This document shows positions 9,275 to 18,407 of a stretch of DNA of 64,000 nt, one piece after another. The stretch's first letter is position 1. Each line of letters begins with the position of its first letter. Source of the DNA: Nitrososphaera sp. (lineage in GTDB: Archaea; Thermoproteota; EX4484-205; JAAOZO01); the NCBI GenBank assembly GCA_039793485.1, contig JBAMLO010000053.1, forward strand, positions 12,948 to 76,947, given 5' to 3'. The notes beneath the pieces were generated by a model. It made no database searches and had not been told where the DNA came from. It worked only from the letters and a program-made list of their open reading frames with translations. A program made the translations under genes and the position numbers.

Positions 9275-10447
9275 CTCACTATAAACTTTAATAAATTCGG
9301 AGTATGGCATATCTGTTTTTATCCCTTTAGGATTATAAAGTGTTCTCGTAGCTACGTACCCCTTTTCTTTTATTTTATCGACAAGTTTTTGTACCTTCCT
9401 TGAACTAACATTAAGTAACTTAGAAGTTAAGTCAGTATCGTAATACCCAACAATTTCGCTCTTTTCATTCATTATCTTAAAAATCATCTCTATTGATTCC
9501 TGAGAAAGTTCAAAAGAGTTGCTATACATCTTTTTTACAAGCTCATTGTTGATATATCTTGATATCCATATTGGTCCAACAATTTTGTGTTTTTCATCTT
9601 TTTCCCAGTTGTTTCTTATTACATCTTCCATTTTGATGATTTTCCAACTATTCTCTTCCACGTTGTACAGAATAAAACCTAAGTTTGACATAGATTCTTT
9701 AGCATATTTTTTCCCCCTTAGAACTTTAGCATAAACTCTTACGTAGTGCTTTTCACTGTAAGCTAATTCTGGTCTTATTCCAATTTCTTGCTTGGTTGCA
9801 GTTAGTACGATGCCTGCTATAAGTGCTCTTACTCCAAACTCTTTGTTAAACTGTATTCTACTAGCTATTGTTCCATACTTTAATAACGCTTTTGTTGGAT
9901 TGTTTCCAAATAAGGTTGCAGTATCTGTTGCCGTTATCCCAACATAGCCTTCATGCTTCACAGACAGTAGCGCGCTTTCAATGAACTCTGCAGGCGATCC
10001 GAATGGATCTAAGTCCAAATAATCAAACCTATCTTTTGGAGCCGAGTGCATCAAGGAAAATACTCTTGCGTCTGCACAAAAAGTTTTTACTCCGTCTCTT
10101 ACTCCATTTATGTCCAAATTTTTTTCTGCTAATTTTACGGCCTCTCTATTTATGTCGTTTATTTCACATATAGGCTTAGCATTCGTCTCTAAAAGTACTC
10201 GAATGCATCTTACTCCCACTCCTGTCATCATTTCTCCATATCTTAATTCCTTCGTTGTTCTTTGTAATGTTGTTCTCAGAAATGCTATCATTATATCTCT
10301 GTTTGATCTCATTACGGGGTTGTAAAAAACTGGAGTTAAAGCTGGTACGTAACTTCCCTTTACCCTATAACTTTCTAGCCTGTAAACTAAAAGTTTTGCT
10401 TTTCCTTCGGTTACGATTTCGTAATCCTTTGCTTTTCCTTCATCCAA
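9266..10447 (-). CDS. trm1: tRNA (guanine26-N2)-dimethyltransferase
   Basis: VFYNPVMRSNRD, NDIN, DLDPFGSP and TATD motifs; TTG start after GGAGG. Confidence 0.93.
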   Translation of the reverse strand: MDEGKAKDYEIVTEGKAKLLVYRLESYRVKGSYVPALTPVFYNPVMRSNRDIMIAFLRTTLQRTTKELRYGEMMTGVGVRCIRVLLETNAKPICEINDINREAVKLAEKNLDINGVRDGVKTFCADARVFSLMHSAPKDRFDYLDLDPFGSPAEFIESALLSVKHEGYVGITATDTATLFGNNPTKALLKYGTIASRIQFNKEFGVRALIAGIVLTATKQEIGIRPELAYSEKHYVRVYAKVLRGKKYAKESMSNLGFILYNVEENSWKIIKMEDVIRNNWEKDEKHKIVGPIWISRYINNELVKKMYSNSFELSQESIEMIFKIMNEKSEIVGYYDTDLTSKLLNVSSRKVQKLVDKIKEKGYVATRTLYNPKGIKTDMPYSEFIKVYSELS

Positions 10448-10569
10448 TTTGTTTCCTCCGATTTCATTTCTTGATTTTTAAGCTTTCTAATTGTTGTACA
10501 GTTTCCTACTAAAACAAGAAATATTTAAAAATCCCCCTAAACTTTACGGCCATAAAGGTGCTGAGGCGC

Positions 10570-11895
10570 ATGAAGTATGACGTTATAGTGGTAGGTGCTG
10601 GTCCTGCTGGTGCTATAACTGCTATGCATACTGCTAAGTCTGGACTATCAACCTTACTTGTTGATAAAGAGCCAAAAGATAAAGTTGGAGACAAAGTTTG
10701 TGGCAATGCTGTCTCTTTACAACACTTAAAAGAAATTGGTTTAAATCCCCCCAGTGAAGCTGTATATGGAACTATCGACTCTATAGAAATAATCTCGCCA
10801 GATTTAAAAAGTAAGTATCGTTTTTCCGCAGAAGGCGCTGGAGTTGAGATTGACCGACTGAAATTTGGTCAGTATTTACTAAAACTTGCATTAGATAGTG
10901 GTGCAAACTTCGTAGAAAGCGTAGCAATTACTTCACCAATAATAGAAAACAATGCAGTCGTTGGCGTTTCTGGTATTAACTTAAAAGATTCATCGAAAGT
11001 CGAATTTAAAGGAAGTGTAGTTGTCGATGCCTCTGGTGCAGCTGGAGTTTTAAGAAAAAAACTGCATAACTACGTCGATGATATCTTAGATGATGACGAA
11101 ACTATGGTGGCTTTTAGAGAAATTAGAACTGCAAGAAACTATGATAGAACCTTTAAGATTTTTATAAACCAGCAGTTTTCTCCGGGTGGATATTTTTGGT
11201 ACGTACCAATGGGTGAAAATCTTGCTAACGTCGGCATAGGGGTTAGAAAGAATTCTATAGATCCAAGGGTCGGGTACAAAGAGTTTCTAAAGTTTATTCC
11301 AAATCTAAAAGATTCAAAGGTTGTTCATGTTGGTTCTGGTATTGTACCAGTTAGAAGACCAATGGCTCCAGCCGTTTGGAATGGTATTGTTTTTGTTGGG
11401 GACAGCGGATTTACAGTTGATCCAATAACTGGAGGTGGAATAGGCTCATCGCTTGAAGCTGGAAAGATAGCGGCAGAATCAATAGTTAAAGCTCATGAAA
11501 GAGGTTCTTTCCTTCAGGATTCCTTGTGGGATTTTAGCTTAAGCTACAATAAGAAAATAGGTCATAAGTACGCTTCTCTAGACGTGATAAGAATCGCACT
11601 GCAGGCAAGAACTAACGAGGAGATAAACTTCATTATGAGTTCTGGAATCATATCTCAAGACGACCTCTTAAAAGCGACGAGCGGTGAAGAACTAAAGTTA
11701 AATTTCCTGGATGCTTTTATGAGAGCCGTCGCCGGTATGCGCCACTTTGGTTTACTATTCCTCTTACTCAGACTTGTTAAGCTTTCCAATGAAGCTAAAA
11801 CTCTTTACTACAACTTTCCAACTTTTAGTGAATTTAAAGCATGGAAAGAAAAAGATCTAAGGCTTCACAATGAGGCACATCGTCAACTGGCTTAG
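10570..11895 (+). CDS. Geranylgeranyl reductase family (digeranylgeranylglycerophospholipid reductase-like)
   Basis: YDVIVVGAGPAG, K-x-CG, PGGYFW, VGDSG...DPITGGGI; start placed at ATG 10570 (ORF track starts at 10558). Confidence 0.88.
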   Translation: MKYDVIVVGAGPAGAITAMHTAKSGLSTLLVDKEPKDKVGDKVCGNAVSLQHLKEIGLNPPSEAVYGTIDSIEIISPDLKSKYRFSAEGAGVEIDRLKFGQYLLKLALDSGANFVESVAITSPIIENNAVVGVSGINLKDSSKVEFKGSVVVDASGAAGVLRKKLHNYVDDILDDDETMVAFREIRTARNYDRTFKIFINQQFSPGGYFWYVPMGENLANVGIGVRKNSIDPRVGYKEFLKFIPNLKDSKVVHVGSGIVPVRRPMAPAVWNGIVFVGDSGFTVDPITGGGIGSSLEAGKIAAESIVKAHERGSFLQDSLWDFSLSYNKKIGHKYASLDVIRIALQARTNEEINFIMSSGIISQDDLLKATSGEELKLNFLDAFMRAVAGMRHFGLLFLLLRLVKLSNEAKTLYYNFPTFSEFKAWKEKDLRLHNEAHRQLA

Positions 11896-12010
11896 ATAAA
11901 TACTATTTTTTGTAAAGTATATCCTTTTTACGGGTTTTCTTCAGTATGTTTAAGAATAGTATGCGAAAACCTAATAAATAGCTATAAGTAGAGTTGACGA
12001 TGAGACAAAA

Positions 12011-13141
12011 ATGAATCCACGAGCTTCAAAAAGGAAAAAAGCAAAGAAAGTTACAAAAGTTATCCTTGGAGAAAAAACAAGAAAAGAAATCTTTGAAAGC
12101 CCCGATGCTATAAAGAATACTCTGCAATCACAACAAGACAATATTGCATCAATTTCAAAAGCAATTGTTGAAAGAAAGCCATCGAGAATATTCCTTCTTG
12201 GTAGTGGGACTTCTTACCACGCTGGAGTTGTAGGCGCTTATGTATTAAATAAGCTCACAAACATCCTAGCAGTTCCAGTTCAAGCTTCTGAGTTTGTTGA
12301 ATTTGTTGGAAACTCCATAGGTAAGAGTGACATCGTTGTGACATATTCTCAATCAGGGGAATCTACAGATACCCTTGTAGCTCTTAGGCATGCAAAGTCC
12401 AAAGGTGCTCTAATAATCGGAGTGACTAACACCCCTGGAAGTAGCTTAACAGTAGAATCGAACCATTCAATAGTAACTATGGCTGGAGTTGAAGAAAGCG
12501 TCGTAGCTACCAAGACATTTCAGGCTCAATTAGCAGTAACCTTTCTCCTTGCTGTAAGTGTTGCAAAAGAACTAGGCTTTGTTAGCGAAGCTGATCAGAA
12601 AGCAATTGTCAATGAGCTTGCCAATACTCCAAACGTTTTAGCATCAGAGCTTCCTACTTGGGAGAAGAAAACAAAGGAAGTAGCGTTAAAGTTCAAAAAC
12701 ATCCACGACGTATTTGTGTTGGGCTTTGGAGAAGGTTATGCTCTCGCACTAGAAGCCGGCTTAAAGCTAAAGGAAGCTTCGTTAACTCACTCGGAAACTT
12801 TCTCTGTAGCCGAATTTCGCCATGGCCCTATGTCGCTAGTTACAAAGGGCGTTGGAGTATTAATGGTAACTCCATATTCACAAGACAGGCTTGAATTTGC
12901 CGAAAAATTAGCAAAAGAATTAAAGGAAAAGAAAGCTACAATAGTTTCAATTTCTCAAGAAGGACTAAGCTTCAAGAGCAAGGTTTCAGACTTTGAGTTA
13001 AAGTTCCCGAAGATAAATCCAATTTTAGCTCCAATTTATCAAGTAGCAATAGTACAACTTTTAGCATACAACCTAGCACTCGTTAGAAAGATAAATCCCG
13101 ATAGCCCAAGACATCTAACAAAAGTAGTTAAGCTAGGATAA
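12011..13141 (+). CDS. Double-SIS sugar-phosphate isomerase/deaminase (GlmS isomerase module without glutaminase domain)
   Basis: GSGTSYHA, SQSGESTDT, ESVVATKTF, ALEAGLKLKE and EFRHGP motifs; no N-terminal Ntn Cys domain. Confidence 0.85.
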   Translation: MNPRASKRKKAKKVTKVILGEKTRKEIFESPDAIKNTLQSQQDNIASISKAIVERKPSRIFLLGSGTSYHAGVVGAYVLNKLTNILAVPVQASEFVEFVGNSIGKSDIVVTYSQSGESTDTLVALRHAKSKGALIIGVTNTPGSSLTVESNHSIVTMAGVEESVVATKTFQAQLAVTFLLAVSVAKELGFVSEADQKAIVNELANTPNVLASELPTWEKKTKEVALKFKNIHDVFVLGFGEGYALALEAGLKLKEASLTHSETFSVAEFRHGPMSLVTKGVGVLMVTPYSQDRLEFAEKLAKELKEKKATIVSISQEGLSFKSKVSDFELKFPKINPILAPIYQVAIVQLLAYNLALVRKINPDSPRHLTKVVKLG

Positions 13142-13308
13142 CCTGAAACTAAACGTAGCGGTTCTTAAGACGACTTTACTTTTTATTTTTTTGTTTACAC
13201 TAACTCATTTGAAAGTAGTGTTCGAAAATGGCCTATTTTCCCTTAAACTAAACTTTTCTTAAATGTTTACATAATTTTTCTATATATTAGAATTTTTTAT
13301 CTCCTTTT

Positions 13309-13788
13309 TTGGTTAAACTAAAGTTAGGAATGCTTTCTGTAGGCTGGGAAGAAGACTTTAACGAGATCCTTTTTTCGCTCAGAAAAAATAAAGAGCGCTT
13401 AAAGAACTTGAGAGAATTGACAACTTCAGGTAAAATTTCTTCTGAGACTTTCGAAGCTCTCTATAAAAAGTTTGAAACAGAGTTGCTAGAATCTGAATCA
13501 AAAAGACAAAATTTGCTCGAAAAATTATTAACTTTGCAAAAAGATTTGCAGGAAGAACTAGAGTTGCTAGAGTCTGAGCTTAAAAAACTTGAGGTCAAGC
13601 TAGCATATTCTCTGATAAACGAAGATCATTATGAGAAAGTTTCTACTGCCTTTAAGTATGCCATTGAAGAAGTTTCTAGAGAGCTATCGAGCGTTAGTAC
13701 AGCAATAGAACAGCTAGCTAGGGAGGCCCCAGAAGTTCAAGAACAAGTCGTAAATAAGGCATTAAAGAGGCTTGATGAGAGTTTCTAA
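13309..13788 (+). CDS. CdvA-like coiled-coil protein (no PRC barrel)
   Basis: All-helical 159 aa with two repeats of L-x-x-L-x-x-G/S-x-I-S/N-E-x-x-F/Y-E (GKISSETFE; LINEDHYE), as recalled for CdvA-like proteins of TACK archaea. Confidence 0.6.
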   Translation: MVKLKLGMLSVGWEEDFNEILFSLRKNKERLKNLRELTTSGKISSETFEALYKKFETELLESESKRQNLLEKLLTLQKDLQEELELLESELKKLEVKLAYSLINEDHYEKVSTAFKYAIEEVSRELSSVSTAIEQLAREAPEVQEQVVNKALKRLDESF

Positions 13789-13808
13789 TTGGCAATTAAA
13801 AGTGTCCC

Positions 13809-14138
13809 TTAGATTGTCTTTGGCGTTACTTCCTTAAATTCCACTTTGTTTTTCGAAACTATAACTTCGTACACGTCATTTATTTGCGGCCTTCCTATGT
13901 TATTGTATTCTTCCATCGTTAAGAAAAGAATCAGCCGTGCATTGTACACTTTTGGAAATAGCCCTGCTTGTTGCAATCCAGTCATTAAACCGAAAGCAAC
14001 GTCAGTCGCATACTCTCTTTCGTCGAACTGCTGACCTCTAGAAACAATCGTTGGAGTAATAGATGCCATTTCTACCCTCACACCAGCCTTTCCTTCAACA
14101 TCAGTTGAACTTATGGATACGACCTTAACTACTGCCAT
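13809..14138 (-). CDS. Arcadin-1 homolog
   Basis: 109 aa with the C-terminal motif RLILFLTMEEYNNIGRPQINDVYEV typical of arcadin-1 (RLxLxLTxEEY/W...P..G/ND); size fits. Confidence 0.65.
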   Translation of the reverse strand: MAVVKVVSISSTDVEGKAGVRVEMASITPTIVSRGQQFDEREYATDVAFGLMTGLQQAGLFPKVYNARLILFLTMEEYNNIGRPQINDVYEVIVSKNKVEFKEVTPKTI

Positions 14139-14239
14139 TCTTACCGCAGTCTAACTTACTTCATCGTCTCTTTTTAAGCTTATTCTTTTTAATAAAGGTA
14201 AACATTTTTAATTAGCTTAAAGTAATGCTTCTCTAACGC

Positions 14240-17095
14240 ATGCGACCAGGTATAGTCTGTGATGACGATCTTCAAGTTCTTAGCTTACTTACAAATAGGG
14301 TAGTAGAACTCATAAAGGAAAGAAACTTAATTCCTCTAAGCGATGTACAAAAGTTAGCTATACCTCAAATTCTTTCGGGAGAGAATGTCTTAGTAATTTC
14401 TCCAACAGGAACTGGAAAAACAGAAGCGGCAATACTGCCAATTTTTGATACTTTAATAAAATCAGGTTTAAAAAATGAACCTGGATTTAAAATACTGTAC
14501 ATTACTCCTCTAAGAGCTCTTAATAGAGACATGCTAGAACGCTTGATATGGTGGGCTTCAAAACTTGATATAAAGGTTGCAGTGAGGCATGGCGATACTT
14601 CGAAGAGAGAAAGGTCACTCCAATCTATGTATCCCCCCGATCTCATAGTAACTACCCCAGAAACATTTCAGATTCTTTTAGTTGGTAAAAAGCTTTCAAA
14701 ATATCTAAAAACTGTAAAATGGGTCGTTGTTGATGAGGTCCACGAACTTGCACAAGACAAACGTGGCTCTCAGTTAACTCTTGGTCTAGAAAGGCTTAGG
14801 TTGTTAACTGAATCTGAACCACAGATAGTTGGTCTTTCAGCTACTGTTGGAGATCCAAATGTACTCTCGAAGTTTTTATTTGGCACAAATAGAAGTTATA
14901 AGGTAGTTGATGCCTCACCTGAAAAATGGATTGAAATAGGCGTAGTCTTACCTCGACCCTCCGAAACTGAAGTAGAATTGGCAAGAGAAAACCTCGAGCA
15001 CCCAGAAGTATTAGCAAGGCTAAACGTTATCTCAGAAGTGCTGCTTTCAAATAACTCAACTTTAATATTTACTAATACCCGCGAGACTGCTGAAGCTTTA
15101 GCCAATAAGCTTACATTGTACAAAAGCGATATAGCTACAGCCGTTCATCATGGTTCTTTAGGAGTGGCCATAAGAGCAACTGCTGAAAAATGGCTGAAGA
15201 CTGGAGAAGTTAAAGGTGTAGTTGCTACTTCAAGTTTAGAGCTTGGAATAGACGTTGGGAATGTAAACTTCGTGATTCAATATGGCTCTCCCCGTCAGGC
15301 AATTCATTTAATTCAAAGAGTGGGAAGAAGTGGACATACAATTCAAGGTGTTTCTAAGGGACTAATTATAACGATAGATGAAGAAGATGCCATTGAATCT
15401 ATAGTTATAAGAAAGAGAGCACTCGAAAAGAAATTGGAAGAGCTCTCAATAATCGAGAAACCTCTTGATGTTTTAGCTCACCAGATAGTTGGCTTTCTTT
15501 TGTATAAGTCGAATTGGGAACTGAACGAGCTTTTAGGAATCATAAGGAATGCCTTTCCTTACAGAACACTTTCTTTAGAGGAACTGGATTTTTTAGTTTC
15601 ATTTTTAGTTAATAGGTATCCTTCTTTACTAATTTACGATAAGGAAAAGGGAATAATTAGGCGAGGAAAGTCCAATTTTTATACCTACAAGTTTTATTAC
15701 GACCATATCTCAACTATTCCTGAGATTAAGCAGTTTAAGGTAGTAGATTCACGCACAAATGAAATCATAGGAACACTAGACGAAGAATTCGTAGCAGAAA
15801 AAGGACTACCAGGTACAAAGTTTATAATGGGAGGTAGGGTTTGGGTATTTAATGAAGCAAAGGAAGATTTAATTTCTGTTACATCTTCTGATGACCCAAC
15901 TGGAGCCGTTCCGTTTTGGGTTGGAGAGGAAATTCCTGTAGTGTTTCAAGTTGCTAGGGAAGTCGGATTGTTTAGAAGAAGAGTACTCGAGCAGCTAAGG
16001 AGTGGCCTTTCTTTGGAAGAAGTTGCTAGTTACTTTTCCAAATTATTTTCAATAAACAAAGACGTTATAAAAGAAGCAATTCGTCCGATATATGAATCGT
16101 ACAAGGAAGGCTTTCCAGTTGCAACTGATGAAGAAGTAGTTATTGAGAATTGGAAAGGTACTACTATAATTCATGCATGCAATGGAAATCAAGTAAATTC
16201 TGCACTAGCTAAAGTTGTCTCCTCATTAATTCTAGAAAGAGAAGGAGCAATTGTTAGTAGTAGTGATCCATATCGTGTAATCATAAACTATGATTTGGAT
16301 CCCAAATTCGTTCTAGACCTCATGAAGAAAGTTAACGATAAAAACTTAGTTGACTCTTTAACTAGTGGAATTGAGTCAATAGGTTTGTTTAAGAGAAGGT
16401 TAATTCATGTAGGACGAAGGTTTGGAGTTATTGAGAAAGATGTTTCCTTGACCTCCCCAGAGTTAAATACCTTGATGAGTCTTCTAAAGGGAACTCCTGT
16501 TTTTGAAGAAGCAAAAAATGAGCTCTTTACTAAAGATTATGATGTAAAGAACCTAAAAATGTTCTTAGAAGAGCTCAAAAGTGGAAAATTAAAAGTAAGT
16601 TTCATAGAAAAAAGAGAAGCCCCCTCTCCCCTTGCGTACATAGGACTCCACTCTGCCGAAAGAAAATCTGAAATCTTTCCCCCAGAAAAGTTGGAAAAAC
16701 TGTTTAGAAAATATTCCTTAGCTAGACTAAAGAGCAGCTTGGTAAGTTTTATATGTTTAAATTGTTTTTACTTCTTTGGGCCTATTAAGGTCTCAAGTGT
16801 TACGTTTCCATTAAATTGCCCGAAGTGCAAGTCAGAGTATGTGGGTCTTATAAAAGACGAGGATGAAGCAAATTGGATAAAGTATCACTCAGATTCTACC
16901 AAAGCTAAAAAACTTATGGAGAAAGCAAAAAGAACAGCTTTACTTCTCTATAGGTACAAAAACCTTGCAGCCTTAGTACTTGCAAGCAATGTTTCCTTAA
17001 GGGATGCAGAGGTAATCTTAACAAAATTTAATTCTGAGGAAGAAGTTTTAAGCGCAATAATCGAGATAGAGAAAAGAAGAAGTTTCGTTCTTTAA
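14240..17095 (+). CDS. lhr: Lhr-family DEAD/DEAH helicase with C-terminal Cys4 zinc finger
   Basis: PTGTGKT, ITPLRALNRD, RHGDT, TTPET, DEVH, SAT, HHGSL, SSLELGID, QRVGRSGH; C-terminal CLNC...CPKC. Confidence 0.9.
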   Translation: MRPGIVCDDDLQVLSLLTNRVVELIKERNLIPLSDVQKLAIPQILSGENVLVISPTGTGKTEAAILPIFDTLIKSGLKNEPGFKILYITPLRALNRDMLERLIWWASKLDIKVAVRHGDTSKRERSLQSMYPPDLIVTTPETFQILLVGKKLSKYLKTVKWVVVDEVHELAQDKRGSQLTLGLERLRLLTESEPQIVGLSATVGDPNVLSKFLFGTNRSYKVVDASPEKWIEIGVVLPRPSETEVELARENLEHPEVLARLNVISEVLLSNNSTLIFTNTRETAEALANKLTLYKSDIATAVHHGSLGVAIRATAEKWLKTGEVKGVVATSSLELGIDVGNVNFVIQYGSPRQAIHLIQRVGRSGHTIQGVSKGLIITIDEEDAIESIVIRKRALEKKLEELSIIEKPLDVLAHQIVGFLLYKSNWELNELLGIIRNAFPYRTLSLEELDFLVSFLVNRYPSLLIYDKEKGIIRRGKSNFYTYKFYYDHISTIPEIKQFKVVDSRTNEIIGTLDEEFVAEKGLPGTKFIMGGRVWVFNEAKEDLISVTSSDDPTGAVPFWVGEEIPVVFQVAREVGLFRRRVLEQLRSGLSLEEVASYFSKLFSINKDVIKEAIRPIYESYKEGFPVATDEEVVIENWKGTTIIHACNGNQVNSALAKVVSSLILEREGAIVSSSDPYRVIINYDLDPKFVLDLMKKVNDKNLVDSLTSGIESIGLFKRRLIHVGRRFGVIEKDVSLTSPELNTLMSLLKGTPVFEEAKNELFTKDYDVKNLKMFLEELKSGKLKVSFIEKREAPSPLAYIGLHSAERKSEIFPPEKLEKLFRKYSLARLKSSLVSFICLNCFYFFGPIKVSSVTFPLNCPKCKSEYVGLIKDEDEANWIKYHSDSTKAKKLMEKAKRTALLLYRYKNLAALVLASNVSLRDAEVILTKFNSEEEVLSAIIEIEKRRSFVL

Positions 17096-17107
17096 ACTTT
17101 TCATCTC

Positions 17108-17650
17108 TCATGAGAAGATGTACTTTATTATGTTCTCTAAGTCGACTTCAGACTTAGTTCTCCATCCTAAAACAATGTAGTCTTCCTTCTCATCAAGATA
17201 ACCAGTTTTTACATATTTAGAGAGCAACCTAGTTGCCTTCCACTTCGGTAGCTTTTGACTTAAAATTTGCTCTAACTCTTGTCTAGTTGTTTTTCCTTCT
17301 TTTGATATTATTGTTGCAATACATACTGTGAGCCCAGCAATTTCGTCTATACTCCATCCCGAAGTTCTTAGGTCTGTAATCGTTAAAGGATCCTTAATTG
17401 AAATAAAAAACCTACAGTTAGATAAAACTTCATGAGGTTCTGAAAGTGTTTTTAGCTCGCCAGAATCAGAAACTATTTTTATGGTAAGTCCAAGTTCGCT
17501 AATTCTTTCTTCTAACTTTTTAAGAACCTTTGTGTAATCCTGTCCTAAAGCCTTTCTTAATTCCCACCCTTTTATGCCAGGATTCCTATGAGACTTAAAG
17601 AAAAGCAGTTGTGCTGCTCTTCTTAACTTTTTAGTGCTTTCCTCTTCCAT
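17108..17650 (-). CDS. Kite (tandem winged-helix) subunit, Nse1/Nse3/ScpB-like
   Basis: 180 aa, two predicted WH units, C-terminal GYL...LGWRTKSEV resembling the kite LGPR..EL motif; last gene of the SMC-like operon. Confidence 0.65.
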   Translation of the reverse strand: MEEESTKKLRRAAQLLFFKSHRNPGIKGWELRKALGQDYTKVLKKLEERISELGLTIKIVSDSGELKTLSEPHEVLSNCRFFISIKDPLTITDLRTSGWSIDEIAGLTVCIATIISKEGKTTRQELEQILSQKLPKWKATRLLSKYVKTGYLDEKEDYIVLGWRTKSEVDLENIIKYIFS

Positions 17651-17651
17651 T

Positions 17652-18407
17652 TTACTTCACTACTATCACAAAGCTCTCAGGATTTTTGCTTTCGGTAGTT
17701 TTTTCTTTTTTAACAACCCAAACTTTCCCTTTCAAAGGCTCTCGTATGATGCCCGCGTAACCATATGTAATCATAAAGCTTAGAACTACAGCTTTAAAGA
17801 TTTTATCAGAAAGGTTTTCGCTTTCAATAAGTTTTTCATACAGCTCTTTTCCACCTCTTTTCTCAAGCTCCTTGTACATTTTTTCAATTTCTTCGTTTAT
17901 TCCCCTTTCATCTAAAAAACTTATCTTACCTTCGCTTTCAACAGTTTTTTCTTCTCTTTCTTCTTCAAATGAGTACTTTGTTATATTGTTCCAATAGGTC
18001 ATTGCTTCCTTTAATAAGAAAGGGTTTATTATGTCCCTTCCAACAACTGGTCTCCAAGATTGAATAAATGCTCTGCTAAGTTTTTCTACATCACTTCCAA
18101 GTATAGCTAACTTCATTAAGAAGGGATCAATGTACAAAATTCCAGATCTGTTTTTTAATGCCTTAGTTTTTTCAAAAATTATTACTGCCAATCTTTGAAT
18201 AGCTTCAGAGCAGTTGTTAATTTCTTCTAAATTGTTACTGTTGCTCAATAGTTCTGCAAGTCTTCTTATTTTTTCATCAAGATTAATTTCAAGAATGTTT
18301 TCCTTCTTGCTTATTATATTGTCAAGTTCTTCTATTAACTTCTGTATTTCTTTTTCATTAGTTGTTTCTCTGTTGTTAAGCAATTGTAACGACTGCCTCC
18401 CTGCCAA
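17652..18407 (-). CDS. Divergent kleisin (ScpA/Nse4-like)
   Basis: N-terminal helical domain, charged linker, C-terminal KAVVLSFMITYGYAGIIREPLKGKVWV resembling the kleisin C-WHD; overlaps the SMC-like stop. Confidence 0.6.
   Translation of the reverse strand: MAGRQSLQLLNNRETTNEKEIQKLIEELDNIISKKENILEINLDEKIRRLAELLSNSNNLEEINNCSEAIQRLAVIIFEKTKALKNRSGILYIDPFLMKLAILGSDVEKLSRAFIQSWRPVVGRDIINPFLLKEAMTYWNNITKYSFEEEREEKTVESEGKISFLDERGINEEIEKMYKELEKRGGKELYEKLIESENLSDKIFKAVVLSFMITYGYAGIIREPLKGKVWVVKKEKTTESKNPESFVIVVK

Noticed and set aside
10509-10706. 65-aa minus-strand ORF
   Set aside because: Antisense shadow of the geranylgeranyl reductase Rossmann motif.
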